DNA of 64,000 nt from Oculatellaceae cyanobacterium bins.114 (GTDB taxonomy: Bacteria; Cyanobacteriota; Cyanobacteriia; Elainellales; Elainellaceae), in assembly GCA_033764315.1 (NCBI GenBank), contig JANRJA010000092.1:13304-77303 (forward strand). The letters run 5' to 3'. Below the pieces are notes generated by a model. That model saw nothing but the letters and a program-made list of their open reading frames with translations. It was not told the origin of the DNA and made no database searches. Position 1 is the stretch's first letter, and the number at the start of each line of letters is the position of its first letter. Shown one piece after another: positions 41,916 through 51,465 of this stretch. A program made the position numbers and the translations under genes.

Positions 41916-42916
41916 AGACCCAACATCCCCACAATCGAGATAGTCTGAGGGTTTGGGGCAATCTTGAAACGTCCTTTGGTTGCTTCTTGCAATGGAGCGG
42001 CGATCGGGGCAGAGCCACCAATGATTAGCACTTCTCCTAAGTTGGCAAGCCACTGCCCCCAACGGGTTTTGATTTGACCTCTGATGTCTTCTAACCACTG
42101 CTCACGTGCTGACTCAAAGGCGGCATGGAAGCAATAGCCAGTAGTGCCCAACATGAAATCTCCTGCCTCAATGCCATCCATAATCAGCGACAGGTCAGGA
42201 CTGGCAGATAAGTCACGAGTGATCCGGGCGGCAATGCGTCGGGCTAAGTCAAACGTGCCAGGAAGGATCAGATCGGCTTCCCGCATGAGGGAGCCTGAGA
42301 CGCTGTAAAGCCTGAGAATGCTTGTCCCCCCTCCCAGATCTAGAACTCCGTTGGTATTGCGTTTGCTGAGGAACAGACCTTGCTGAGTGGCGTAACGGTA
42401 TGCTGCAACCGTTTCATCAACTGGCTCAACCTTGCGAACAGTGGCAATGATGGTTTGACCATTGCGGGTGAATTCGTGTGTACCTTCGATCGCTTTCAAC
42501 GATTCAACATCGGCATCATTGCGAGAGTTGGGAAGGGCGATCGCCAGTCGTTCGACTCTCACGGCATCAGCCCCCGGCATTGGTTCCAATGCTGTCAGCA
42601 CCAATAGACGAGCCAGTTTAACCTTGTCCTTCTCAAACACTGGACTGCCTGACAGGTCTTTAGCAACTTGACCCACGACAAAAGTAGAGCCTTCAAACTC
42701 AATCACCATAGAGTTTTCATCAGGGCTGACATCTTCCCATGTGGGATCGATCGGCTTGATAAAACTGGGGATGGTATGAACGTTGCTGAGTGGGTCAACC
42801 CATTGGATCGTGCGATTGCCACCGTCGAAGGCAACGAGGGGACGGATCAGATTCTTTGTATCCGTTAAAGGTTCGTTACTTGTCCGTCTTTCGGACTTAG
42901 CTAGAGCGGTACTCAT
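41912..42916 (-). CDS. parM: ParM/StbA-family actin-like ATPase
   Basis: AFDGGNRTIQ (phosphate 1), VLDLGGGT (phosphate 2), IIGGSA (adenosine); AGGAG RBS before ATG 42916. Confidence 0.85.
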   Translation of the reverse strand: MSTALAKSERRTSNEPLTDTKNLIRPLVAFDGGNRTIQWVDPLSNVHTIPSFIKPIDPTWEDVSPDENSMVIEFEGSTFVVGQVAKDLSGSPVFEKDKVKLARLLVLTALEPMPGADAVRVERLAIALPNSRNDADVESLKAIEGTHEFTRNGQTIIATVRKVEPVDETVAAYRYATQQGLFLSKRNTNGVLDLGGGTSILRLYSVSGSLMREADLILPGTFDLARRIAARITRDLSASPDLSLIMDGIEAGDFMLGTTGYCFHAAFESAREQWLEDIRGQIKTRWGQWLANLGEVLIIGGSAPIAAPLQEATKGRFKIAPNPQTISIVGMLGL

Positions 42917-43115
42917 TGCGGGTGAATTCTCCTGAAACGTATTAGCTGTAAAGATTTGAAGCATTTCTGGAAGACAGGTAAGCACTTTTTTACTGTTCGT
43001 TGCCTATCCGTTTCGTGTCCCTTGCTTGTACAAATAGTATCACACCAAAGTACAAGAGTGTGCTACTTTATTACTGTAATCTCGTAACCCGCTAAGATCG
43101 AGGAGTTGAAAGAAC

Positions 43116-43361
43116 GTGAATCTTTTAGTGCCTACGCAGAAGCCCCGAATTGTCTCCTATTGCGACGAAGAAACCCATGAAATCCTCAAAGCAATTGCTG
43201 TAGAGGAGGATCGGAGCCTATCGAAATTGGTTGATATGCTATTGGCAGAGTTAGCGCAGCTAAAACCAGTTTTGGATGCTTATCGAAGTGATGCGGCATG
43301 GAAGGGACTTCCCTATGCCCAGAAAATTAAAATTCTGATCGAAGAAACAACCAAGAAATAA
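43116..43361 (+). CDS. Ribbon-helix-helix regulator
   Basis: IVSYCDEETHEILKAIAVEEDRSLSKLVDMLL. Confidence 0.75.
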   Translation: MNLLVPTQKPRIVSYCDEETHEILKAIAVEEDRSLSKLVDMLLAELAQLKPVLDAYRSDAAWKGLPYAQKIKILIEETTKK

Positions 43362-43705
43362 GAGATTTGAAGGTATCGACACGTGACTATGCCAACCACC
43401 CTTAAGGATTGGCAATTGTTTGCTGTAATTTTGTGGAAAACTTGCCAACACAGAGGAGCTTAGTCTTACCCCTAGTTCGTAATGTTAAACATGACAGTTT
43501 CTAACAACTGAAAACTACTTTGTAATGCTTTTAATGACAGATCTATTGCAAACGATAGAGTTAAATATTGATAGCTATTAGACCTTTAACCCTATCGTTA
43601 CGCGGGTTTTCGAGATATACATAAGTTTTTTGTATGCTCTTTTTTTGGTACAAGCAACTTATAAAAAAATTTGTGGGGTATACAATATTAATAGGAGGAA
43701 GAGCA

Positions 43706-43855
43706 ATGAAAAAACACGACATCTTAACAGCAAGAGTTGAAAAGAATCTCGTTAAACCGTTTGAAGCGATCGCCAAGGAACAAGGGCTAACAAAGTCATC
43801 CTTACTCAATCAGTTGGTTAAAGAGTTAGTTGAATCTCGACTTGCTAAGTCCTGA
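43706..43855 (+). CDS. CopG-like RHH protein (49 aa)
   Basis: AGGAGG RBS; LTARVEKNLVKPFEAIAKEQGLTKSSLLNQLV. Confidence 0.7.
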   Translation: MKKHDILTARVEKNLVKPFEAIAKEQGLTKSSLLNQLVKELVESRLAKS

Positions 43856-43917
43856 TAAAAATCAAAAACCCCTAGTGTTTCAGCACTAGAGGTTCAAGGT
43901 TTTTATCAAACGTTTAT

Positions 43918-44376
43918 TTGACCACCCGTGTAGCAGAGAAAGTTTGGTCGCTAAGACTGCTCTACGGTATTCGCCCAAAGGAAAGGCACACCTTTATCCA
44001 TATGAATTGTAATGTTAAACCGCACAAACCCGCAAGTGTATCAAGTCAGTCTCATAGCAAGACTGTTAAGTCCAATTTTTCCTATCCTGTCTCTTTCAAT
44101 TCTACAAAAAACCGTGTTAAAAGTCAGCATCGTCAGGTTAGTCTTTTCGACCTGATTGACACTGGTGAGGCTTCACCTAAATCAGAAGAGACTTGGGGAG
44201 ATTTAGAGGAATCCCTTGAAACACTAGCCGCTATGCCGTTTCTTCAGCAGTTTTTTGGTGTCGTTCAAGCCGCAAAATTTCACAGGATTGAGTTCAAGGT
44301 TTTTCGGTCGCTTTTCTATGAGTGGCAGGAGTGTCGGAATAATTTTCAGCTAGAAAAAGGGAGTGCAGACCTATGA
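43918..44376 (+). CDS. Hypothetical protein upstream of rep
   Basis: Stop overlaps the rep start (ATGA); true start may be ATG 44002. Confidence 0.5.
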   Translation: MTTRVAEKVWSLRLLYGIRPKERHTFIHMNCNVKPHKPASVSSQSHSKTVKSNFSYPVSFNSTKNRVKSQHRQVSLFDLIDTGEASPKSEETWGDLEESLETLAAMPFLQQFFGVVQAAKFHRIEFKVFRSLFYEWQECRNNFQLEKGSADL

Positions 44377-45158
44377 ACGCTCCTTTTCTAGAAGAGTTTC
44401 AAAAAAGCGCAATTCCTGATCATTTGAGCCTTATCAACGTGCGGTGGATTAAAGGCGATGAAGCTATTCAAATTTTGGCAGAAGAGGCAATTTCCAAAGC
44501 TCAAAAGGTTGAAAGTTTTGTAACCAAATCTGCTTCCAAAATCCTCAACAAATATGCTTTTGCAGCAGCAGGTGGGTGGGTTGCCTATGGTTGCGATGCT
44601 GACGGTAAGCTTTCAGGCACAGTGCCATTATTCAAGCCTCTAGAGCCTCGTAAAGAGCTGGAAAATGGGAGGCTGAAAACAATCAAATATGAAACCCCCC
44701 AGGGGTATCAGGCTACCCCTATCCTGCCGTGGGTTGACGAGTTGACAGCGGCAGCAATTTACAAATGGTACGGCGTGACCCCATTAGAGGGTGAAACGTT
44801 CTGGCAGGTAGTTTGGCGTTGTGGACTGCCGATCGCCATCACTGAGGGACTGAAGAAGGCTCTATCACTAATCGCTCACGGTTTACCTGCGATCGCACTG
44901 CGAGGTGTTGCCTGTTGGCATCTGAAAGGATCTGACAAGCTACATGAATCGATTTCTCACTTTGTCACGCCAGTGCGATCGATTTATATCGTCTTCGATC
45001 AGGACGAAAAATTGAGGACTCAGCGCGATGTGAGAAACCAGATCCTTAAGTTGGGTTCATCCCTTGAACAGAAGGGATGCAAAGTATTTGCACCAACTTG
45101 GGATAGAAAACTTGGCAAGGGAATTGATGACGTTTTATGGGGGTTGAGCAATGAATAA
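44373..45158 (+). CDS. TOPRIM primase-like domain (DUF3854 type), N-terminal part of CyRepA1-like replicase
   Basis: IKYETP, ITEGLKKALSL, IVFDQD, KGIDD. Confidence 0.85.
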   Translation: MNAPFLEEFQKSAIPDHLSLINVRWIKGDEAIQILAEEAISKAQKVESFVTKSASKILNKYAFAAAGGWVAYGCDADGKLSGTVPLFKPLEPRKELENGRLKTIKYETPQGYQATPILPWVDELTAAAIYKWYGVTPLEGETFWQVVWRCGLPIAITEGLKKALSLIAHGLPAIALRGVACWHLKGSDKLHESISHFVTPVRSIYIVFDQDEKLRTQRDVRNQILKLGSSLEQKGCKVFAPTWDRKLGKGIDDVLWGLSNE

Positions 45159-47529
45159 ATCCCATAAGTGGCTCGACGATCTAATCAAGAATGCTCCAAC
45201 CCTAAAGGATTACAAAAGACACGGACGCATTCAGGGAGCTTTAGAGGCGATCGCACGGTTAAATCAGCTTTCCTACCCAGTTGAGCGTGAAACGACAGGT
45301 GAGTATTTGCCACCATTGCCAGAGTTGACCATCGGTTCAATTCACGTTCTTACTGCTGGCATGAACGCGGGTAAGACAACCCGGATCGGCGTTGATTTGG
45401 TGCAATGGGCAAAGGTACGAGAATGGAACGTTTTAGTTATTTCTCCTCTCAACTCACTAGGACAACAAACCGCTAAAGACTGGGAACTATCCCACATCCA
45501 CGATTTTGGCTTATCTAAAGCCGAGCAGGAGGGACTATGGGCAAGTGTTAGCGCATCTCATGGCGTGGTGATGTGTCCTGATTCGTTGCATCGTATTCCC
45601 CAATGGTTTTGGTCACGTCCAACCCTACTAATTCTCGACGAAGCTAACCAAGTGATTGACCACATCACACAGGGTAATACACTGGGCACTCGATGGGCAG
45701 AAATCCTAGAACTGTTCAGTGCGATTGCCTGCCAATCAGCCCAAACTGGGGCAATCGTTTTGAGTGAAGCGGGTATTCCCGATCGAGCAGTGAAGTTTGT
45801 TCAGACCGTTGCAGACTGCGATCGGGTGCGAGTGTTCAAGCACATTAAGCAGGGTAAGCCTTGGAACTGCTCTATTTTCTCAGGTCAAGCCAGTGGGTTT
45901 AGAGCACGGCTGATTCAGTCAATTCAGCAGGGCGATCGCATCTTGATTGTGACCAGCTCTCAGCGCGAAGCGCGACGGCTGCAAAAGGTGATCAGCCAGA
46001 AATTACCCTCAATCAAGGCAGTGAGAGTTGATTCAGAAACCAATCAGCAGGGTGCTTTTAGTAGCTTCTTTGAAAACCCAGATCAGTGGTTAAAAGACAA
46101 TCAGCCAGACGTTTTAATCCTCTCTCCCAGTGCTAAGTCAGGCGTGAGCATTGAGGGCAATGTTCCCGTTGAGAGTGCTTACTTTTCATCGGTTTGGGGT
46201 TACTTTCCAACTCTGGCAACCGACACTCATATGCAACTTTTAGGACGATACCGCCCATCAGTACCACGCTACATCTTTGTACCTCCCTTCATCATGACCG
46301 ATGGGGACGAGTCACTATTTACCCCCAGAGCAGTGAAGCGACGACTAAACACCAATCTGAAGGGCTTTGCAGGTGTTTACGACTTGCACGAATTGATTGA
46401 AGCTGACGATACCCGCGCCGAATCACTGGTGAGAATAGAGACAGCAGTTCTTGATTATCTGGCAGCGTCAAAGACTGTCAGTGGTGCTCAGAAGTCAATT
46501 GCTCATGACGCATTAGCTAAGGAGCTGGAGACAGCAGGGCACACGGTCAAGTGTGTTCAATCTCAAAAGGATGCAACAACAGTTGAGTTGTGGAAGGATA
46601 TCCAGGAGGAGATCTGGCGTGAGGACGCAGCAGCGATCGCCAGTGCGGTAGTCGAGGATCGGCACACTCCAGAGTGGGCACACAGAACCCTAGAATCTCT
46701 CGAAGTCAGTTTAGAAACTCGCATTCTTGCCCAGAAGGTAATCTGGCGTGAGCAATTTCCTGGCATATTGTTTGATGACGCTGAGGAATGCTATCAGACG
46801 CTTTGCAAAGACTACGGAGCTATGCGACGTGGTGTGACGTTGCAGGCTAAAGCAGAGAATCTAGAGGCAGCGAAGGAAGGCGATCGTGCCAGCGTTGAGG
46901 CAATTTTGAAGTCCCGGATCAGAGCAATTCACCACTTGCCTAAAAACTACTTCAAGGCATTGTTAATTGCCAAGACAGGTGTTTTGGAGCTACTGAATGG
47001 TGAATGCTATTCCAATACCCACCCAAAAGCCCTACAGATTAGAAAAGCGGCACTGTACTGGGCTAACGAGATTAGCTACTGGTTGCGTTTACAAATCAAG
47101 CCAGACCAAACTCCAGTCGAAATCTGTAACAAGTTAATCAGGAAGATTGGATTAAATGGTGTTGCAGACAGCAGACCAGGGCAGCGAGGAACGAGTCGCG
47201 ATCGTGTCTACGTAATTGAAGGGATGGAGAATCCTGTCAGGCAGCGGTTATTAGAAGCCCTTCGTCGTAAGACTTCTAGCTCCGTGTCCACCGTTTGTAA
47301 TAAAGATAATTCCTCTATTCAAATCATGGACACCAGTATTCAAGGCGCTTCTACTCTCCCTCCAAAAACAGATTTTTCTCCCCAATCTTTAGTGAAATGG
47401 GGTTCCAGAATTTGTGATTGGGTCATTTTGGAAATAGAAGGTGCGATCGCCAAAGTCAGACAGGTCAATACCCCTCTGTCTAGCGTTGTTTGGGATGCTC
47501 CCATTGATGAGTTGAGGTTAATTGCATGA
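45151..47529 (+). CDS. Helicase-like part of CyRepA1-type plasmid replication protein
   Basis: AGMNAGKT, CPDSL, LILDEANQV, SPSAKSGVSI, QLLGRYR. Confidence 0.85.
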   Translation: MNKSHKWLDDLIKNAPTLKDYKRHGRIQGALEAIARLNQLSYPVERETTGEYLPPLPELTIGSIHVLTAGMNAGKTTRIGVDLVQWAKVREWNVLVISPLNSLGQQTAKDWELSHIHDFGLSKAEQEGLWASVSASHGVVMCPDSLHRIPQWFWSRPTLLILDEANQVIDHITQGNTLGTRWAEILELFSAIACQSAQTGAIVLSEAGIPDRAVKFVQTVADCDRVRVFKHIKQGKPWNCSIFSGQASGFRARLIQSIQQGDRILIVTSSQREARRLQKVISQKLPSIKAVRVDSETNQQGAFSSFFENPDQWLKDNQPDVLILSPSAKSGVSIEGNVPVESAYFSSVWGYFPTLATDTHMQLLGRYRPSVPRYIFVPPFIMTDGDESLFTPRAVKRRLNTNLKGFAGVYDLHELIEADDTRAESLVRIETAVLDYLAASKTVSGAQKSIAHDALAKELETAGHTVKCVQSQKDATTVELWKDIQEEIWREDAAAIASAVVEDRHTPEWAHRTLESLEVSLETRILAQKVIWREQFPGILFDDAEECYQTLCKDYGAMRRGVTLQAKAENLEAAKEGDRASVEAILKSRIRAIHHLPKNYFKALLIAKTGVLELLNGECYSNTHPKALQIRKAALYWANEISYWLRLQIKPDQTPVEICNKLIRKIGLNGVADSRPGQRGTSRDRVYVIEGMENPVRQRLLEALRRKTSSSVSTVCNKDNSSIQIMDTSIQGASTLPPKTDFSPQSLVKWGSRICDWVILEIEGAIAKVRQVNTPLSSVVWDAPIDELRLIA

Positions 47530-47699
47530 GCCAGCAGTCAGGTATTACCACTCGCATCAATGCTGCACTACAGCAAATGACAGAAGGCGATCGCCAGCGA
47601 ATGCTAGATTTTGCTACTTTCATCCTCAATAGTCGTGAAGGTAAACACCGCAAGCGTCAACAAAGTTTCAACCGTAAACCAGAAATCATAGAGGATTAA
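47526..47699 (+). CDS. Small hypothetical protein (57 aa, below ORF-track cutoff)
   Basis: ATGA-coupled to rep; MSQQSGITTRINAALQQMTEGDRQRMLDFATFIL...; stop lies 2 bp before the next ATG. Confidence 0.6.
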   Translation: MSQQSGITTRINAALQQMTEGDRQRMLDFATFILNSREGKHRKRQQSFNRKPEIIED

Positions 47700-47701
47700 T
47701 C

Positions 47702-48241
47702 ATGCCTGAACAGTTACAGCAAATCAAACAAATCAATGCCGAAATTGAAAGCTTAAGGAGTGAGATCGGCGAGAATTTAGCGGCAGCAAAGAACGCCGAA
47801 GAGGAGCTTGCAAGCATTCAAACCAGGATGCATGAGCATAGATCAGCAGCGTCACTTGCCGATGGTCGTTTAGCCAATCTTCAAGAAGAATTGTATCGAC
47901 TCCAGGCAGAGCAGGAGTTAGGCGAGAAGTGCCTTAAATTGCGTGAGATGGCTGATAGTGCCAATGTTTTGTCTGGTCAGCTTTATACCGTCCTAAATGG
48001 GTTCATGCAACTTGCTGACGAGCTTCAAGGGACGATTACACTTGACCATCAGTTTTTGATTGAAAGGGTTCCCGTGATTCAGCATCGAATCGGCTCTAAC
48101 AGCTTCAGGCTTGGCACTCGCCAGGACGCCATGAAAACTCGTTCAAATTCTCTTGACAAGACTTGGGACTGGGATCGGATTTTGCCGGACGGGGCAATTG
48201 AGCAGGTATCAGCAAGGGTTGAGCCTAGCCTTTGGAGCTAG
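47702..48241 (+). CDS. Coiled-coil hypothetical protein
   Basis: Heptad-rich N-terminal half; GAGG RBS. Confidence 0.6.
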   Translation: MPEQLQQIKQINAEIESLRSEIGENLAAAKNAEEELASIQTRMHEHRSAASLADGRLANLQEELYRLQAEQELGEKCLKLREMADSANVLSGQLYTVLNGFMQLADELQGTITLDHQFLIERVPVIQHRIGSNSFRLGTRQDAMKTRSNSLDKTWDWDRILPDGAIEQVSARVEPSLWS

Positions 48242-48309
48242 ATTTTAGGTCTTCTGTTTGTCTACGCTTGTAAATACCCATCTAGCTAAAGAAAACGAAC
48301 TGGTAAGTT

Positions 48310-48819
48310 ATGCCGCGTGAGCGTTTCACAACTGAAGAGTGCCGTCGAGGTGGGCAGCACCCAGCATCAGAATTGCAACGAGCGATCGCCACTCAAACTA
48401 TTCGACGCACAAAACCTTGGGAGCAATCAACAGGTGCCAAGACCATTAAAGGTAAATTTCATAGCTCCCTTAATGCTTATAGCGGATGGCATAAGACTGT
48501 AGAGTCTAGCAGTCTTGATTATGAATCGGAGTGCCAGAAGCTGAGATCAGCAGTTGCAGAGCTACAGAAATTAGCACCAAAGCATTGTTTTAAGGGAGTT
48601 ATCCAGGGTTGTGAGGTTAGCCTAAAAGTTGTCATTCAAGCCAACCTAAAAGACGGTGTTGATGGTCGGGATCACTGGCTAACAGCAAAAGTTAAAGCTC
48701 AAATAAACCTTGCAGTTAGGGGTCATTCTGATAAATTTGAGCTTGCTAAGCCAATTTGCGAGGAAATGAAACGAAAAGCGCATGAGGCGATCGCTACAAT
48801 TTTGGAAAGATTTCAATAG
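48310..48819 (+). CDS. Hypothetical protein with STG.KT..GK..SS.NA motif
   Basis: KPWEQSTGAKTIKGKFHSSLNA. Confidence 0.6.
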   Translation: MPRERFTTEECRRGGQHPASELQRAIATQTIRRTKPWEQSTGAKTIKGKFHSSLNAYSGWHKTVESSSLDYESECQKLRSAVAELQKLAPKHCFKGVIQGCEVSLKVVIQANLKDGVDGRDHWLTAKVKAQINLAVRGHSDKFELAKPICEEMKRKAHEAIATILERFQ

Positions 48820-48839
48820 GAACCTGTCAGCCAAGCTCC

Positions 48840-49061
48840 TTAATTTTCGTTAAGCTCTTTTTGAATCTGTTCATACTTGCCGCAGTCTATTTGATTGCCA
48901 GCATCGCAGGAGGATTTATAGTACTCCATTAATCTAAATTGCGCTTCCCTGGCTTGAATCTCAATCGGACTAAGTGGCGGATTAGTAGCAGCGTTCCAAA
49001 TAGACCCGATCACAAAGAACGCCACCAATCCCGCAATGCTCCATTTAAGCCATTTACTCAT
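48840..49061 (-). CDS. Small single-TM protein
   Basis: TM WSIAGLVAFFVIGSIW; Cys pair in the soluble part. Confidence 0.6.
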   Translation of the reverse strand: MSKWLKWSIAGLVAFFVIGSIWNAATNPPLSPIEIQAREAQFRLMEYYKSSCDAGNQIDCGKYEQIQKELNEN

Positions 49062-49067
49062 AAAGGA

Positions 49068-49601
49068 TTACAACATCCCGTCTATTCCAAAGTTATTGCT
49101 ATTCAGATCTGTACTCTTGGTTTGTCCTTGTTGGACAGTAACAGGCGTCAGCCAGTATCTCTGTAGTTGATCGTCGCCAGAAGCCCAGTTAACACCAAAC
49201 AAAAGATAGTCTCCCGGACTAATTCCTTCTATTGAGTAGTATCCATTTACACTGCTTTGCACTGGCGTTCCACAACTTTGCTTGGCAAAATCTTCCATTT
49301 CGCTTACAGCAGATAAATGCCTCATTTCGTTCACACCTGGAACGTCTGAAATTTCAGAGGAGTTTCTATCTCGAATTTCTTTGAATTGCTGAAAAAGATT
49401 TGACGGACAAGCAAACACGCTCATTCCTCTAATAAGTTCAGAACCTACGTCCGATGCAGAATTTAGATAAACGTAACCATCTAATTTGGCTTGAAGCTGA
49501 GGGCTTTCAGTCGTGGGAGCTGAAGCAGTCGGTAGAGGCTGACTAGTTCCACTGCATCCTGTGATAGCCGCAATGCAAAAAACCAAAGCAATTTTCTTCA
49601 T
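49068..49601 (-). CDS. Putative lipoprotein
   Basis: Lipobox ITGC; NGYYSIEGISPGDY beta-sandwich-like motif. Confidence 0.7.
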   Translation of the reverse strand: MKKIALVFCIAAITGCSGTSQPLPTASAPTTESPQLQAKLDGYVYLNSASDVGSELIRGMSVFACPSNLFQQFKEIRDRNSSEISDVPGVNEMRHLSAVSEMEDFAKQSCGTPVQSSVNGYYSIEGISPGDYLLFGVNWASGDDQLQRYWLTPVTVQQGQTKSTDLNSNNFGIDGML

Positions 49602-49806
49602 AATTAGACCTATCTCTGTTTCTAATATTCCTAAACAGAGATAAAAATCAGCAGTAAAACTGAATCTTTATATTTAGTTTCAAAAGTGTTGTTACTGTTT
49701 GCCTGCTGCCAACTTGAATTTCAGTAGTAGTCACGTTAGGGTTGACCCTCGATATCTGGACTACATATGGACTGTTTTGATAGCCTGTTGTTGTAAACCA
49801 GGGGTC

Positions 49807-49891
49807 AACGACAGTAATTTGTCCTGACGACACTAATTTGACTTCAATGACACCAATTTGTCACCGATGACAAATAATGTGTCACTGTAGA
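49807..49891 (-). mobile_element. Relic Tn7-like/type V-K CAST transposon end (four TnsB-site-like repeats)
   Basis: Minus strand TCTACAGTGACACATTATTTGTCATCGGTGACAAATTGGTGTCATTG...; A(C/T)GACA...TGTC repeats every 19-20 bp. Confidence 0.75.
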
Positions 49892-49934
49892 GCTGCTTTA
49901 ACCGAACTAACGTTAGGTACTGTAGATTTTGAGA

Positions 49935-50007
<73 letters not shown>

Positions 50008-50190
50008 GAATCGGGAAAAACCGCTGATTGGCACGATTAAATATAGTAGCAGATAACTTTCCATTTCAAGTCATCTAATTTCAAAAAAATCATTTGACCC
50101 AACACAGATTGAGGCTGGGTATCCCCAATTCTGCAAATTGGTATTAGGATGCTCTTCAGTAGAGTACTAATGATCTAGTGCCTTGATATC

Positions 50191-50811
50191 ATGCCCTCTG
50201 GTCGAACTCACGATCGCATCACCCTTTGGACACTGCCCCTGACGGGTGGGCTAACCCTTATCACTACCCAAAGCAGCACCTTAACCTTGATAATCTGTAG
50301 TGGGTATTTATTTGGGGGATTAATGTTTGGCCCTGATCTAGATATCCATTCCGTTCATTTCAAACGATGGGGATGGTTCCGTTGGATCTGGATTCCTTAC
50401 CGGGGCAGCATCAAGCACCGATCGCCCTTCTCACACTCCCCCATAACAGGCACCGCTTTACGCATCGTCTACTTGCTTGCTTGGGTTGGGTTGGTGAGCT
50501 TTATTACCCTGGCGTTGATGAATGAGTTGTGGCAACTGGGCTGGACCTGGAGTGACATCATCAGCTTTTTAGGGCGATCGCTTCAACAACGCCAATGGGA
50601 GTGGCTAACCCTTTGTTTAGGATTAGAATTGGGGGCTTTAAGTCATTACATTGCAGATGGCATTCTCTCAACATACAAACGCTTTAAAACAAAAGGCTGG
50701 AAGGCACTACAACCGCCCCCTTTGCGACCCGTCAAACGAAAATCTGCCCCTAAGCGACGCGCTTCCTCAAAGTCGTCTGTGTTGTCTGCCAAACGCCGAC
50801 CCAGACCCTGA
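50191..50811 (+). CDS. Membrane metal-binding protein (DUF2227-like)
   Basis: MPSGRTHD, GPDLDI, HRSPFSH, SHYIAD. Confidence 0.8.
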   Translation: MPSGRTHDRITLWTLPLTGGLTLITTQSSTLTLIICSGYLFGGLMFGPDLDIHSVHFKRWGWFRWIWIPYRGSIKHRSPFSHSPITGTALRIVYLLAWVGLVSFITLALMNELWQLGWTWSDIISFLGRSLQQRQWEWLTLCLGLELGALSHYIADGILSTYKRFKTKGWKALQPPPLRPVKRKSAPKRRASSKSSVLSAKRRPRP

Positions 50812-50976
50812 GCGATCGCCTTAAAGAAAGTGGTGAATGCCACTCTCTGAACCCTTTTTCAGCATTTGAGACAGTCGTTCTATTAAGTTACATAAACTTC
50901 CAATTGCCAGAATCCATGTTAAGCTGAAGGCATCTTGGAAATTATTTTCGGTTGTTTAATTCGTCTTCTTGGCGTT

Positions 50977-51014
50977 TCTCCGAACTTAACTCTCCACATA
51001 TGCTGATTCGGAGA
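50977..51014 (+). promoter_or_regulatory. rbp 5'UTR stem pairing with the RBS
   Basis: TCTCCGAA (50977) is complementary to TTCGGAGA (51007). Confidence 0.6.
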
Positions 51015-51024
51015 TATTTCGACT

Positions 51025-51336
51025 ATGTCAATTTACGTCGGTAACTTGTCCTACGAAGTTACAGAGAGTGACCTAAATCAGGTCTTTGCAGAATACGGTA
51101 CCGTTAAACGCATTCAGTTACCGGCAGATCGCGAAACAGGCCGTATGCGTGGTTTTGGTTTTGTAGAAATGGGAACAGAAGCGGAAGAAACCGCTGCTAT
51201 CGAAGCTCTTGATGGAGCTGAATGGATGGGACGTGACCTGAAAGTTAATAAAGCAAAACCTCGTGAAGAAAGAGGATCTTCAGGCTCTTCTTGGGGTGGT
51301 AACAATCGGAAGAATTCTTCTTCTCGCCGTTACTAA
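51025..51336 (+). CDS. rbp: RRM RNA-binding protein
   Basis: IYVGNL (RNP2), RGFGFVEM (RNP1). Confidence 0.95.
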   Translation: MSIYVGNLSYEVTESDLNQVFAEYGTVKRIQLPADRETGRMRGFGFVEMGTEAEETAAIEALDGAEWMGRDLKVNKAKPREERGSSGSSWGGNNRKNSSSRRY

Positions 51337-51465
51337 AGCTCTAAAGCTAACGTTTGAAATCTGCAATCTTGAGGGTAGGCAGGATGTCTACCCTTTTTGA
51401 TAGTTCCTGTCTGGATTGTTTGCCCTGATCCAGTGATCGTTATAGTCCATTGGAGAGGAGATAGG

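Noticed and set aside
33092..49891. Tailed prophage
   Set aside because: No recognisable terminase large subunit, portal, capsid or tail genes.
33092..49891. Whole island as CAST cargo
   Set aside because: No matching TGTACA right end found; the boundaries are defined by the tRNA repeat instead.
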